Source: Candidatus Annandia pinicola (GTDB lineage Bacteria; Pseudomonadota; Gammaproteobacteria; Enterobacterales; Enterobacteriaceae_A). Taken from it: a stretch of DNA of 32,000 bases. Positions 7,036-18,315 of the stretch are shown in pieces. The notes below the pieces were generated by a model that did no database searches, was not told the origin of the DNA, and saw nothing but the letters and a program-made list of their open reading frames with translations. How positions within the stretch are numbered: position 1 is the stretch's first letter; each line of letters begins with the position of its first letter. The stretch covers positions 240,001 through 272,000 of the forward strand of contig NZ_CP045876.1 of the NCBI RefSeq assembly GCF_020541245.1, in the 5' to 3' direction. Position numbers and translations under genes: made by a program.

Positions 7036-9681
7036 ATGTTATTAGATGATATAGATTATATAGAAACTAAAGAATGGTTAGATTCATTAAAATCAGTACT
7101 AGAAAAAGACGGAATAGATAGATGTAAATTTTTAATTTTAAAACTTTTAGGAGAAATAAAATTAAAAGAAGATATAAAAATTATTAATGATAGAAATTAT
7201 ATTAATACTATTCATTATAATGAAGAACCTAAATACCCTGGAGATATTGATATAGAAAATAGTATTTGTTCAGCAGTAAGATGGAATGCTATAATTATGG
7301 TTTTAAGAGCTTCAAATAAAAATTTGGACTTGGGTGGACATATATCTTCTTTTCAATCTTCTGCTAATATTTATGAAGTTTGTTTTAACCATTTTTTTTT
7401 AGCATCTAATAAATTTGATGGAGGTGATTTAATTTTTTTTCAAGGTCATATATCTCCTGGAATTTATTCTAGAGCATATTTAGAAGGAAGATTAACATTA
7501 GAACAAATTAATAATTTTAGACAAGAAGCTTTTTTACCTGGTTTATCATCTTACCCTCATCCTAAGTTAATGCCTAATTTTTGGCAATTTCCTACTGTAT
7601 CTATGGGTTTAGGGGCTGTAAATGCCATATATCAAGCAAAATTTTTAAAATATTTAAATAATAGAAAAATAAAAGATACTTCTAAACAAACAGTTTATGC
7701 TTTTTTAGGTGATGGAGAAATGGATGAACCAGAATCTAAGGGTTTATTAAATATTGCATCTCGTGAAAAATTAGATAATTTAATATTTGTAATAAATTGT
7801 AATTTACAAAGATTAGATGGTCCAGTTTATGGAAACGGTAAAATAATTAATGAATTAGAAGATATATTTTTAGGTTATGGTTGGGAAGTAATTAAAGTTA
7901 TATGGGGTGATAAATGGGATTTATTATTAAAAAAAGACAAAAATAATAAGTTAGTAAAATTAATGAATGAAACATTAGATGGAGATTATCAAACATTTAC
8001 TTCTAGAAGTGGCGATTACATGAGAAAAAATTTTTTTAGTAAATATAAAGAAACGGAATATTTAGTTAAGAATTTATCAGATGTGGAAATACTGTCCTTG
8101 AATAAAGGAGGGCATGATCCAAAAAAAATATATGCAGCCTTCAAAAAGGCAAAAAGTGTTAAAAAAAAACCTGTTGTAATATTAATTCATACCACTAAAG
8201 GATACGGAATGGGCAATATAGCTGAAGGTAAAAATATTGCCCACCAAATAAAAAAAATAGATATTAATTCATTAAAATATATACGTAATAATTTAAATAT
8301 ATCTATTAGTGATGATGATTTAATAAATCTTCCTTATATAAAATTTGATAAAAATTCTAAAGAATATAATTATTTACATAAACAAAGAAAAAAAATGAAT
8401 GGTTATGTTCCTTATAGAAGAATAAATTTTGATAAAAAAATAAAATTACCTAATTTAAAAGATTTTAATGATATTTTAAAAAAACAAAACAAAAAAATAT
8501 CTACTACAATATCTTTTGTAAGAATACTAAATATATTGTTAAAAAATGAAAATATTAAAAATAAAATTGTACCTATAATAGCAGATGAGGCAAGAACATT
8601 TGGTATGGAAGGATTATTTAGACAAATTGGAATATATAATTCAAATGGTCAAAAATATACATCTCAAGATTGTGAACAAATAATATTTTATAAAGAAAAT
8701 GTAAACGGTCAAATTCTTCAAGAAGGAATTAATGAATTAGGAGCTTTTTCTTCATGGTTAGCTGCAGCTACTTCATATAGTACAAATAATTTACCTATGA
8801 TACCATTTTATATATTTTATTCTATGTTTGGTTTTCAACGTATTGGTGATTTATGTTGGGCATCTGGGGACCAACAAGCTAGAGGTTTTTTAATTGGAGC
8901 TACATCAGGAAGAACAACTTTAAATGGAGAAGGTTTACAACATGAAGATGGACATAGTCATATAAATGCTTTAACTATACCTAATTGTATTTCTTATAAT
9001 CCTACTTATGCTTATGAATTAGCTGTAATTATTAATGATGGATTAAATAGAATGTATGGCCCTAAACAAGAAAATATTTATTATTATATTACTACATTGA
9101 ATGAAAATTATAAAATGCCAGAAATTCCAAAAAATTGTTTAGATGGTATATGTAAAGGAATTTATAAAATAAAAACAATAAAAGCTAGTTACAAAAAAGT
9201 ACAATTATTAGGATCTGGATCTATATTAATACAGGTACAAAAAGCTGCTAACATTTTATATAAATATTATAATATAAGTGTTGATATTTATAGTGTTACT
9301 TCTTTTAATGAATTAGCTCGTAATGGACAAGATTGTGATAGATGGAATATTTTACATCCTAATAAAGAACCTAAAATACCTTTTATAACTAAAGTTATGA
9401 ATGATTCACCATCTGTAGCAGCAACTGATTATATTAAGTTATTTGCAGAACAGGTAAGAAAATATATTCCATCAAAATCATATTATGTATTAGGTACTGA
9501 TGGTTTTGGTCTTTCTGATAGTCGTAAAAATTTAAGAAAATATTTTGAAATAGATTATAACTATATAACAGTAACAGCTTTATATGCATTATATGAAATT
9601 AATGTTATTGATAAAAATATAGTAATAGATGCTATTAAAAAATTTAAGATAGATATAAATAAAATTAATCCTAGATTATAA
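7036..9681 (+). CDS. aceE: Pyruvate dehydrogenase E1 component
   Basis: 881 aa (E. coli ~887). It has the ThDP-binding region GDGEMDEPES...NCNLQRLDGPV and end-to-end E. coli-like sequence. An AGGA SD lies upstream (7025-7028). Confidence 0.95.
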   Translation: MLLDDIDYIETKEWLDSLKSVLEKDGIDRCKFLILKLLGEIKLKEDIKIINDRNYINTIHYNEEPKYPGDIDIENSICSAVRWNAIIMVLRASNKNLDLGGHISSFQSSANIYEVCFNHFFLASNKFDGGDLIFFQGHISPGIYSRAYLEGRLTLEQINNFRQEAFLPGLSSYPHPKLMPNFWQFPTVSMGLGAVNAIYQAKFLKYLNNRKIKDTSKQTVYAFLGDGEMDEPESKGLLNIASREKLDNLIFVINCNLQRLDGPVYGNGKIINELEDIFLGYGWEVIKVIWGDKWDLLLKKDKNNKLVKLMNETLDGDYQTFTSRSGDYMRKNFFSKYKETEYLVKNLSDVEILSLNKGGHDPKKIYAAFKKAKSVKKKPVVILIHTTKGYGMGNIAEGKNIAHQIKKIDINSLKYIRNNLNISISDDDLINLPYIKFDKNSKEYNYLHKQRKKMNGYVPYRRINFDKKIKLPNLKDFNDILKKQNKKISTTISFVRILNILLKNENIKNKIVPIIADEARTFGMEGLFRQIGIYNSNGQKYTSQDCEQIIFYKENVNGQILQEGINELGAFSSWLAAATSYSTNNLPMIPFYIFYSMFGFQRIGDLCWASGDQQARGFLIGATSGRTTLNGEGLQHEDGHSHINALTIPNCISYNPTYAYELAVIINDGLNRMYGPKQENIYYYITTLNENYKMPEIPKNCLDGICKGIYKIKTIKASYKKVQLLGSGSILIQVQKAANILYKYYNISVDIYSVTSFNELARNGQDCDRWNILHPNKEPKIPFITKVMNDSPSVAATDYIKLFAEQVRKYIPSKSYYVLGTDGFGLSDSRKNLRKYFEIDYNYITVTALYALYEINVIDKNIVIDAIKKFKIDINKINPRL

Positions 9682-9704
9682 AATAAAAAAAAATAAGGAA
9701 AAAA

Positions 9705-10892
9705 ATGACTCAAAATATTAAATTGCCAGACATAGGTTTAGATGAAGTTGAAATTACTAATATATTGGTTAAAAATGGAGATATAATTAAAAAAGATCAA
9801 TCATTAATTGTCGTAGAAGGTGATAAAGTTTCAATGGAAATACCATCACCATCATCTGGAATAATTGAAAAAATATTAGTAAATATTGGAGATAAAATTA
9901 AATCTAATTCTTTAATAATAACTCTTAAAAAAAATGAAATAAAATTAAAAAATAATGAAAATAATAAAATATTATCAAAAGATATAAATAAAAAAAAAAT
10001 GTATAATTATATACATGCTTCACCTATAATTAGAAAAATTATAAGAGAACATGAAATTCCTATAAAAGATATAAAAGGTAGTGGAAGAAAAGGTAGAATT
10101 ATTAAAGAAGATTTATTAAAATATATTAATAAAGATAAAATTGTAAAAAATATAGATATAGATAAAAATAATAATAATTTTAATGAATTTGGTAAATTTG
10201 AAATTATTAGAATAAATAAAATAAAACAAATTTCTGGAAATAATTTACATCAAAATTGGTTAAACATTCCACATGTTACTCAATTTGAAGAAGCAGATAT
10301 AACAGAAACAGAAAATTTTAGAAAAAAACAAAACTTAATTTATATAAAAAAAAAAAATAATATAAAAATTACTTTATTATCATTTATTATAAAAGTTGTT
10401 TCTGAAGCATTATTAAAATATCCTAATTTTAATAGTTCAATAACTAAAGATAAAAAAAAACTAATAATAAAAAAATATGTTAATATTGGTATAGCAGTAA
10501 ATACTGAAAAAGGATTATTGGTTCCAATAATATTTAATATAAAAGATAAAAATATAATTAATATATCTAAAGAATTATTATTATTATCAAAAAAAGCCCG
10601 TAATATGAAAATCACAAAAAAAGATATTACAGGAGGATGTTTTACTATATCTAATTTAGGTGCTATAGGTGGAAATATTTTTACCCCTATTATTAATTTT
10701 CCTGAAGTTGCTATTTTAGGTATATCTAGATCAGTAATAAAACCTATATGGAATAAAGATAAATTTATTCCACGTATTATGTTACCTTTATCTTTATCTT
10801 ATGATCATAGAGTAATTGATGGAGTTTATGGTGCTAAATTTATTACATATATAAAAGAATGTTTATCTGATATTAGATTTTTATTATTATAA
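9705..10892 (+). CDS. aceF: Dihydrolipoamide acetyltransferase (PDH E2) with a single lipoyl domain
   Basis: 395 aa. It has one lipoyl-lysine motif (VEGDKVSMEIPSP), an E3-binding domain (ASPIIRKIIREHEIPIKDIKGSGRKGRI) and the catalytic DHRVIDG. An AAGGA SD lies upstream. Confidence 0.93.
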   Translation: MTQNIKLPDIGLDEVEITNILVKNGDIIKKDQSLIVVEGDKVSMEIPSPSSGIIEKILVNIGDKIKSNSLIITLKKNEIKLKNNENNKILSKDINKKKMYNYIHASPIIRKIIREHEIPIKDIKGSGRKGRIIKEDLLKYINKDKIVKNIDIDKNNNNFNEFGKFEIIRINKIKQISGNNLHQNWLNIPHVTQFEEADITETENFRKKQNLIYIKKKNNIKITLLSFIIKVVSEALLKYPNFNSSITKDKKKLIIKKYVNIGIAVNTEKGLLVPIIFNIKDKNIINISKELLLLSKKARNMKITKKDITGGCFTISNLGAIGGNIFTPIINFPEVAILGISRSVIKPIWNKDKFIPRIMLPLSLSYDHRVIDGVYGAKFITYIKECLSDIRFLLL

Positions 10893-10971
10893 AATAAATA
10901 AAATTAAATTTATATTATAATATTTATAATTGTTTAAAAATTTAATTATTAAAAAATTAATGGATTATAAT

Positions 10972-12402
10972 ATGAATAAAAATATAATAGAAACTGAAGT
11001 TGTTGTTATAGGTTCCGGACCTTCAGGATATTCAGCAGCTTTTAGATGTGCAGATTTAAATTATAAAACAATATTAATTGAAAAACATGAAAATTTAGGT
11101 GGTGTATGTTTAAATGTAGGTTGTATACCATCTAAAACTTTATTACATATTACAAAATTAATTTATAATATAAAATACTATTCTAAATATAAAATTTTTA
11201 ATAATATTAACGATAACATTTTAAATATAAAAAAATTACTTTTATTAAAAGAAAAAATAATAAATAATATATCTAAAAATATTTTTAAAATGGCAATTAA
11301 AAAAAATGTTAATATAATATACGGTAAAGCTAAATTTATAAATAATAATTCTTTAGAAGTAAAAAAAAAAAATAAAAAAACCGTTATAAAATTTAATAAT
11401 GCAATAATTGCAACAGGGTCAAAACCTATAAAATATAATAATTTAAATTATGATAATTTTATATGGAATTCTACAAGTGCTTTAAATATACCTTATATAC
11501 CAAAAAAAATGTTAATTATTGGTGGTGGTATTATTGGTTTAGAAATGGGAACAGTATATCATACATTAGGAAGTAAAGTAGATATTGCTGAAAGATCTTC
11601 ACAAATTATACCATCATTAGATAATGATGTTGTTAGTTTTTTTTTAAAAAATAATAGAAGTAAATTTAACTTTATGTTAAATACAAAAATTATTTCTATA
11701 GAAAAATTTGAAAAAGGTGTTAATGTAATTATAAATAATGAAAAAAAAATAAAAACTTTATTTTATGATAATGTTCTTATATCTATTGGTAGAAAACCAA
11801 ATATAAAAAGTTTATATATTAATAATACTAATATATTATTAAATAAAGATGGTTATATTAAAGTTAATAAACAAATGCAAACAAATGTAACTAATATATA
11901 TGCTATAGGTGATGTTGTAGGTCAACCTATGTTAGCTCATAAAGGAATTCATGAGGGTCGTATTGTAGCTGAAATAATATCTGGTAAAAAATATTATTTT
12001 GATCCTTTAGTAATACCTTATGTTTCTTATACTAATCCAGAGATATCATGGGCTGGGTTAACAGAAAAAAATGCTAAATTAAAAGGAATAAATTATGAAG
12101 TCTCTATTTTTCCATGGAAAGCATCTGGAAGAGCTATTTTATCTAATTGTGATAATGGAATGACTAAACTTATTTTTGATAAAAAAAGTAATAAAATTAT
12201 AGGAGGGGCTATAGTAGGTGAACATGCAGACGAATTAATAAGTGAAATAGTTTTAGCAATTGAAATGGGTTGCGATGCTGAAGATATTTCTCTTATAATT
12301 CACCCTCATCCTACTTTATCTGAATCTATAGGTTTATCTTCAGATATTTTTAATGGAACAATTGTAGATTTATTAAATTTAAAAAAAAATATTAATAATT
12401 AA
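10972..12402 (+). CDS. lpdA: Dihydrolipoyl dehydrogenase (E3)
   Basis: The start MNKNIIETEVVVIGSGPSGYSAAFRCADL aligns with the E. coli LpdA N-terminus. The redox-active GGVCLNVGCIPSK and C-terminal HPHPTLSE are present. The track ORF begins at a TTG at 10930, but the ATG at 10972 fits the orthologue better; 10960 is also possible. Confidence 0.92.
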   Translation: MNKNIIETEVVVIGSGPSGYSAAFRCADLNYKTILIEKHENLGGVCLNVGCIPSKTLLHITKLIYNIKYYSKYKIFNNINDNILNIKKLLLLKEKIINNISKNIFKMAIKKNVNIIYGKAKFINNNSLEVKKKNKKTVIKFNNAIIATGSKPIKYNNLNYDNFIWNSTSALNIPYIPKKMLIIGGGIIGLEMGTVYHTLGSKVDIAERSSQIIPSLDNDVVSFFLKNNRSKFNFMLNTKIISIEKFEKGVNVIINNEKKIKTLFYDNVLISIGRKPNIKSLYINNTNILLNKDGYIKVNKQMQTNVTNIYAIGDVVGQPMLAHKGIHEGRIVAEIISGKKYYFDPLVIPYVSYTNPEISWAGLTEKNAKLKGINYEVSIFPWKASGRAILSNCDNGMTKLIFDKKSNKIIGGAIVGEHADELISEIVLAIEMGCDAEDISLIIHPHPTLSESIGLSSDIFNGTIVDLLNLKKNINN

Positions 12403-12419
12403 ACATTAATATATTATTA

Positions 12420-12448
12420 GAGGATAACTTAAAAAAAATATTATCCTC
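12420..12448. terminator. Candidate bidirectional stem-loop between the convergent genes lpdA and gapA
   Basis: GAGGATAA (12420-12427) pairs with TTATCCTC (12441-12448) across a 13-nt A-rich loop. Both flanks are A/T-rich. It is one of very few G/C-containing intergenic hairpins in the window. The loop is long for a canonical intrinsic terminator. Confidence 0.4.
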
Positions 12449-12472
12449 AAAAATATATTATTTTAATTATGT

Positions 12473-13568
<1,096 letters not shown>

Positions 13569-13665
13569 ATTATATTAATTATATTTTATTAGAATTTATT
13601 TTTTTTTAAATTAATGTTAAATTTTTAATAATATTTTTATTTTAAAAATAATAAGGTAAAAAAAA

Positions 13666-13899
13666 ATGCCAATTATTAAAATTAGAGATAATGAATCATT
13701 TGAAGTATCTATGCGTCGTTTTAAACGTGCTTGTGAAAAAGCTGGGATTTTAGCTGAAGTTCGTAAAAGAGAATTTTATGAAAAGCCAACTACTAGAAGA
13801 AAAAAAGCTAAATTATTAGCAATAAAAAGATATATAAAAAAAAATTCAAAAAATAATATTAGTAAATTAAATCGTATAAATAAAAATATATATATATAA
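13666..13899 (+). CDS. rpsU: 30S ribosomal protein S21
   Basis: [49 protein letters not shown] closely matches E. coli S21. Confidence 0.96.
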   Translation: MPIIKIRDNESFEVSMRRFKRACEKAGILAEVRKREFYEKPTTRRKKAKLLAIKRYIKKNSKNNISKLNRINKNIYI

Positions 13900-13920
13900 A
13901 ATAATTTATAATATTAAAAT

Positions 13921-15666
13921 ATGAAAAAATATATTTCTAAAAAATTTATTAATAATTTAGTTTTTATAACTAATATAACGCAATTTATAAGTCAATATAT
14001 TAATCTTAAAAAAAAAAATAAGTATTATTATGCTTTATGTCCTTTTCATACAGAAAATAAACCATCTTTTATAGTAAATAATGATAAACAGTTTTATTAT
14101 TGTTTTGGTTGTAATGAACATGGTAACGTAATAGATTTTTTAATGAAATATAATGGTTTAGATTTTTTAAGATCTATTAAAGAACTAGCTTTATTTAATG
14201 GTTATAAAAATATTCCAATAAAAAAAAATAAAATAAAATATAAATATAATATCAATATTTTTTTTAAATTAATTAATAATGTTGGTAAATTTTATCATAA
14301 AAATTTATATAATAAAAATAATTATATAGCTTATAATTATTTAATTAATAGAAAATTAAAAAAAAATATAATTAATTTTTTTAAAATTGGTTTTGCTTCT
14401 AATAGTAACGATATAATTAATATTTTTAATAAAAAAAAAAATAATAATTTAGAATTATTAAAAGTTTTAGGTTTAATTACAAGATATAATAATAAATCTT
14501 TAAAAGATTTTTTTAAAAATAGAATTATTTTTCCAATTAAAAATATATCAGGACAAATTGTAGGTTTTGGTGGTAGATCTATAAATAATAATTTTCCTAA
14601 ATATATTAATACTATGGATAATTTTATTTTTAGCAAAAAAAATAATTTATATGGTTTATATGAAATGTATAAGTTATGTAAAAAAATTAAATATATTATA
14701 TTAGTAGAAGGTTATATAGATGTTTTAACTTTATTTCAACATGGTATTTATAATGTTGTTTCTACATTAGGTAATAACATTAATAAAATACAAATTAATA
14801 TATTATTCAAAAACTCTAAAAATATAGTTTGTTGTTATGATGGAGACCAATCTGGTTTAAATGCTGCTTGGAATATGTTAAAATTATCTTTACCTTATAT
14901 GAAAGATGGATATCAATTAAAATTTATGTTCTTACCTTTAAAAGAAGATCCTGATAGTATTATTAGAAAGTATGGAGTATTATATTTTAAAAAAATATTA
15001 AATAATGCAGAACCATTATCTATTTTTTTTTTTAAAATGTTAATGTTAAAAATAAATTGTAATTCTATAGAAGGTTTAACAAATATAAATATATTAGCAA
15101 TACCTTTAATAAATAAAATACCTAATAAAACATTACGTTTTAATTTACGTAATAAATTAGGTAAAATGTTAAATATTCCAGAAGAAATACTTGAATCATT
15201 GGTATCTAAAAATTTTATATATAATAATAAACGTTTTATTAAAATTAAATATAGTAATATGAAACTACTTATTTCTTTATTGATACAAAATCCAATTTTA
15301 TTTAAAGTTATACCTAATAAAATGTTACGTATTTTTAATAAATCTAAAATATTAGGTATAGATTTTTTTATAAATTTAATATATAATTATAATAAAAATA
15401 ATTATATAACAACTGGTCAATTAATAGAATTATATAGAAATACAAAATATGAAAAAACTATTAAATTATTATCTATCTGGGATAATATGATTAGTTCAGA
15501 TTTAATTAAATGTGTTTTTATTGACATTTTTTATAATTTATGTAAATATGAATTAGAAATAAAAATAGATAAATTAATATTAAAAGAAAGATTAGAAGGG
15601 TTAGATAATAAACAACGTATATTATTATGGTATTTTACTAAAAAACTATTAGAGATAAGTAAATAA
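13921..15666 (+). CDS. dnaG: DNA primase
   Basis: 581 aa, the same length as E. coli DnaG. It has the zinc-ribbon CPFHTENKPSFIVNNDKQFYYCFGCNEHGN and a TOPRIM region (ILVEGYIDVL...YDGDQSG). It sits in the conserved rpsU-dnaG-rpoD order. Confidence 0.94.
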   Translation: MKKYISKKFINNLVFITNITQFISQYINLKKKNKYYYALCPFHTENKPSFIVNNDKQFYYCFGCNEHGNVIDFLMKYNGLDFLRSIKELALFNGYKNIPIKKNKIKYKYNINIFFKLINNVGKFYHKNLYNKNNYIAYNYLINRKLKKNIINFFKIGFASNSNDIINIFNKKKNNNLELLKVLGLITRYNNKSLKDFFKNRIIFPIKNISGQIVGFGGRSINNNFPKYINTMDNFIFSKKNNLYGLYEMYKLCKKIKYIILVEGYIDVLTLFQHGIYNVVSTLGNNINKIQINILFKNSKNIVCCYDGDQSGLNAAWNMLKLSLPYMKDGYQLKFMFLPLKEDPDSIIRKYGVLYFKKILNNAEPLSIFFFKMLMLKINCNSIEGLTNINILAIPLINKIPNKTLRFNLRNKLGKMLNIPEEILESLVSKNFIYNNKRFIKIKYSNMKLLISLLIQNPILFKVIPNKMLRIFNKSKILGIDFFINLIYNYNKNNYITTGQLIELYRNTKYEKTIKLLSIWDNMISSDLIKCVFIDIFYNLCKYELEIKIDKLILKERLEGLDNKQRILLWYFTKKLLEISK

Positions 15667-15792
15667 AAAATATATATATATTTTAAATAATCATTATATT
15701 AATATCCAATTTAATTTATTTTTTTTATAATATAATAATTAAAATTAATTTAATTTATTATATTTTATTAAAAAATTAAAAATAATAAAACT

Positions 15793-17388
15793 ATGAAAAA
15801 AAAAATAATAAAAATATATAAAAAAATCATAAATAAAAAAAAAACAAAAAAAAAAAAAATACTATCTTTAAAAAAATATATTAATAATTCTAAAAAATAT
15901 ATTGATCCTATTAATTTATACATGAAAGAAATGGGGGCCATGGGATTATTAAATAGAGATGGAGAAATAAAAATATCAAAACAATTAGAAGCTGGTTATA
16001 ATAAAATTTATAATGTTTTTATTATATTTCCTAAAGTTATGATTTATTTAGTTAATAATTTTATTAGAATTAATAAAAAAAAACTTAAAATGAGTAGCTT
16101 AATATACTATTTTATAAAAAAAAAACCTAATATTTATAGAACTAAAAATAAAATTTATAAAAATGATAAATTAATTACAAATGGTAATGAAATATCAAAA
16201 AAATTTTTAAAATTAATAAGAAAATATATAAATAGTTATAGTTTAATAAAAAAAAACTTTAATATTTTTGAATATGAAGAAGAAAAAATTAGAAATTTAT
16301 CTTTTTTATTTTCAAGTTTCAAATTTTCTCAAAAACATTTAAGTTATTTAGTTAAATATATTAAAGATATTATTGAAAAAACTAAGCTACAAATATCTAT
16401 TTTAACTAATATTTGTATTGTAAAATGTAAAATGCCTAAAAGATATTTTAAAAAAATATTTGATAAAGAATATAATCATAATTGGGTAAATAAAATTAAA
16501 AAAAGAAAAACAAAATGGGCTAAAAAATTATTTAATTATTATAATGAAATAAAAAAATGTATTAATGAAATATTATCTATTGAAAAAGAAACAAAACTTA
16601 AAGCATTACAAATAATATTTATTGGTAGAAAAACTTTTATTAATAATATAAGAGTTATTATTATAAAAAATCGTATGATAGAATCAAATTTACGTTTAGT
16701 AATTTCTATTGCAAAAAAATATACAAATAAGGGTTTAAGATTTTTAGATGTTATACAAGAAGGTAATATTGGGTTAATGAAATCAGTTGATAAATTTGAA
16801 TACCGAAAAGGATATAAATTTTCTACTTATTCTACATGGTGGATTCGTCAAGCAATAACAAGAGCTATAGCTGATCAAGCTAGAACCATTAGAATACCTG
16901 TACACATGGTTGAAAACATTAATAAATTAAAAAGAATATCCAAAGCTAAATCTCAAATATTAGGTAGAAAACCATCTTTAGAAGAATTAAGTGAAGATAT
17001 GTCAATGAGTATAAAAAAAATAAAACATATATTAGAAATATCTAGAGAACCAGTTTCTATAAATGCTCCGATTTCAAATGGAGAAAATAATAATGCAGCT
17101 TTAGGTGATTTTATAAAGGATAAAACTACTAAATTACCTATAGAATCAGCTACTGAATCAAATTTAAAAGAAATAATTGAATCATTATTATTAGGATTAA
17201 CTTCAAGAGAAGCGAAAGTATTACGTATGAGATTTGGTATAGGAATGAATTGTCAATATACTTTAGAACAAGTTGGTAAACAATTTAATGTTACTAGAGA
17301 AAGAATACGTCAAATTGAAGCAAAAGCTTTAATAAAGTTAAGACATCCTAGTAGATCTTTAATATTAAAATCTTTTTTAGAAGATTAA
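15793..17388 (+). CDS. rpoD: RNA polymerase sigma-70 factor lacking region 1.1
   Basis: 531 aa. Regions 1.2 ([11 protein letters not shown]), 2 ([60 protein letters not shown]), 3 and 4 ([33 protein letters not shown]) are E. coli-like. An in-frame TAA at 15769-15771 blocks any N-terminal extension. Confidence 0.95.
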   Translation: MKKKIIKIYKKIINKKKTKKKKILSLKKYINNSKKYIDPINLYMKEMGAMGLLNRDGEIKISKQLEAGYNKIYNVFIIFPKVMIYLVNNFIRINKKKLKMSSLIYYFIKKKPNIYRTKNKIYKNDKLITNGNEISKKFLKLIRKYINSYSLIKKNFNIFEYEEEKIRNLSFLFSSFKFSQKHLSYLVKYIKDIIEKTKLQISILTNICIVKCKMPKRYFKKIFDKEYNHNWVNKIKKRKTKWAKKLFNYYNEIKKCINEILSIEKETKLKALQIIFIGRKTFINNIRVIIIKNRMIESNLRLVISIAKKYTNKGLRFLDVIQEGNIGLMKSVDKFEYRKGYKFSTYSTWWIRQAITRAIADQARTIRIPVHMVENINKLKRISKAKSQILGRKPSLEELSEDMSMSIKKIKHILEISREPVSINAPISNGENNNAALGDFIKDKTTKLPIESATESNLKEIIESLLLGLTSREAKVLRMRFGIGMNCQYTLEQVGKQFNVTRERIRQIEAKALIKLRHPSRSLILKSFLED

Positions 17389-17473
17389 TATATTTTTATA
17401 AATTTTAAATTTATATTAATTTAATCATATAATAATTAATATATATTTTTAATAGGTAATAATTTTTATTATT

Positions 17474-17971
17474 ATGGAAAATTATATAGAAAATATTATA
17501 TATACAATGAGATGGTTATTAGCTCCAATATATTTAGGTTTATCTTTTGGTTTAATTGCTTTAACAATAAAATTTTTTCAAATAAATATTTATTTGATAA
17601 TTAATTCTTTTAATATTTCTGAAAATGAATTAATACTATTATTATTATCTTTGGTTGATATGACTTTAATGGGAAGTTTGTTAATTATGATAATGTTATC
17701 TGGATATGAAAATTTTATTTCTAAAATAAATATTAATAAAAACTTGAATAAATTGCGTTGGTTAGGTAAAATGGATTCTAATTCATTAAAAAATAAAGTT
17801 TCATCTTCTATTGTAGCAATATCATCTATACATTTATTAAGTATTTTTATGGAAATAAATAGTATTTATAATATTAAAATATTATTATATATAACAATAC
17901 ATATTACTTTTGTAATATCTGCTTTTATTATGGGATACTTAGATAAAACATTAAAAATAAATAATAAATAA
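17474..17971 (+). CDS. yqhA: UPF0114 family inner-membrane protein YqhA
   Basis: 165 aa. The segment [24 protein letters not shown]...[27 protein letters not shown]...[29 protein letters not shown] is collinear with E. coli YqhA (164 aa). Confidence 0.88.
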   Translation: MENYIENIIYTMRWLLAPIYLGLSFGLIALTIKFFQINIYLIINSFNISENELILLLLSLVDMTLMGSLLIMIMLSGYENFISKININKNLNKLRWLGKMDSNSLKNKVSSSIVAISSIHLLSIFMEINSIYNIKILLYITIHITFVISAFIMGYLDKTLKINNK

Positions 17972-17988
17972 TAAAACTTAGGAAAAAT

Positions 17989-18315
17989 ATGAAAAATATT
18001 AGAAAAAAATTATGTGATATTATATTAAATCATGAATTTAATTGTTTAGATAACTATAAAGAACAAGAAAAAAAAGAAGAAAAAAAAGAAGATATTATTG
18101 GTCTTTTATTAAAGTTTTTAGACTATTTTAAAAAAAATAAAGAAAATAAAAATGAAGATAAGTATATTTATATTAATAAAAAATATTTAGATTACAAATT
18201 AAAATATTTTGAAACTTTTACTTTTAATATTAAACATAAAAATAGAATTATTAAATCAATTTTAAGATCAGAAAGTTTATATTATTATTATTACCATAAT
18301 ATTGATGTCATATAG
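17989..18315 (+). CDS. Hypothetical protein, 108 aa, with no family that I recognise
   Basis: It does not overlap any other gene, lies on the same strand as its neighbours, and has AGGA 7 nt upstream of the ATG. A 108-codon stop-free run is unlikely by chance at this base composition. The protein is K/E/N/Y-rich with no recognisable motif, and the stop is TAG. It could be a real orphan or a decayed gene remnant. Confidence 0.45.
   Translation: MKNIRKKLCDIILNHEFNCLDNYKEQEKKEEKKEDIIGLLLKFLDYFKKNKENKNEDKYIYINKKYLDYKLKYFETFTFNIKHKNRIIKSILRSESLYYYYYHNIDVI

Noticed and set aside
10930-10971. An N-terminal extension of lpdA from a TTG at 10930, as given in the ORF track.
   Set aside because: The extra 14 residues (MFKNLIIKKLMDYN) have no counterpart in LpdA orthologues. 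The ATG at 10972 gives an N-terminus that aligns directly with E. coli LpdA upstream of the GSGPSGY FAD motif.
12419-12449. Two inverted TTATCCTC motifs that resemble DnaA boxes (TTATCCACA), hinting at an origin or a DnaA-regulated site.
   Set aside because: Each copy has a mismatch at a conserved position. There is no cluster of further boxes, no AT-rich 13-mer array that stands out from background, and no dnaA, gidA or mioC context. A stem-loop between convergent genes is the simpler reading.
17397-17415. All-A/T palindromes downstream of rpoD (tataaattttaaatttata) and downstream of ssb (aattatatatataatt, 20998-21013), considered as terminators.
   Set aside because: Their loops are 0-1 nt and the stems are A/T only. 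Such palindromes are frequent by chance in this composition and would be very weak hairpins. I kept only the longer 17-bp one at 4282-4318 as a feature because of its length and position.
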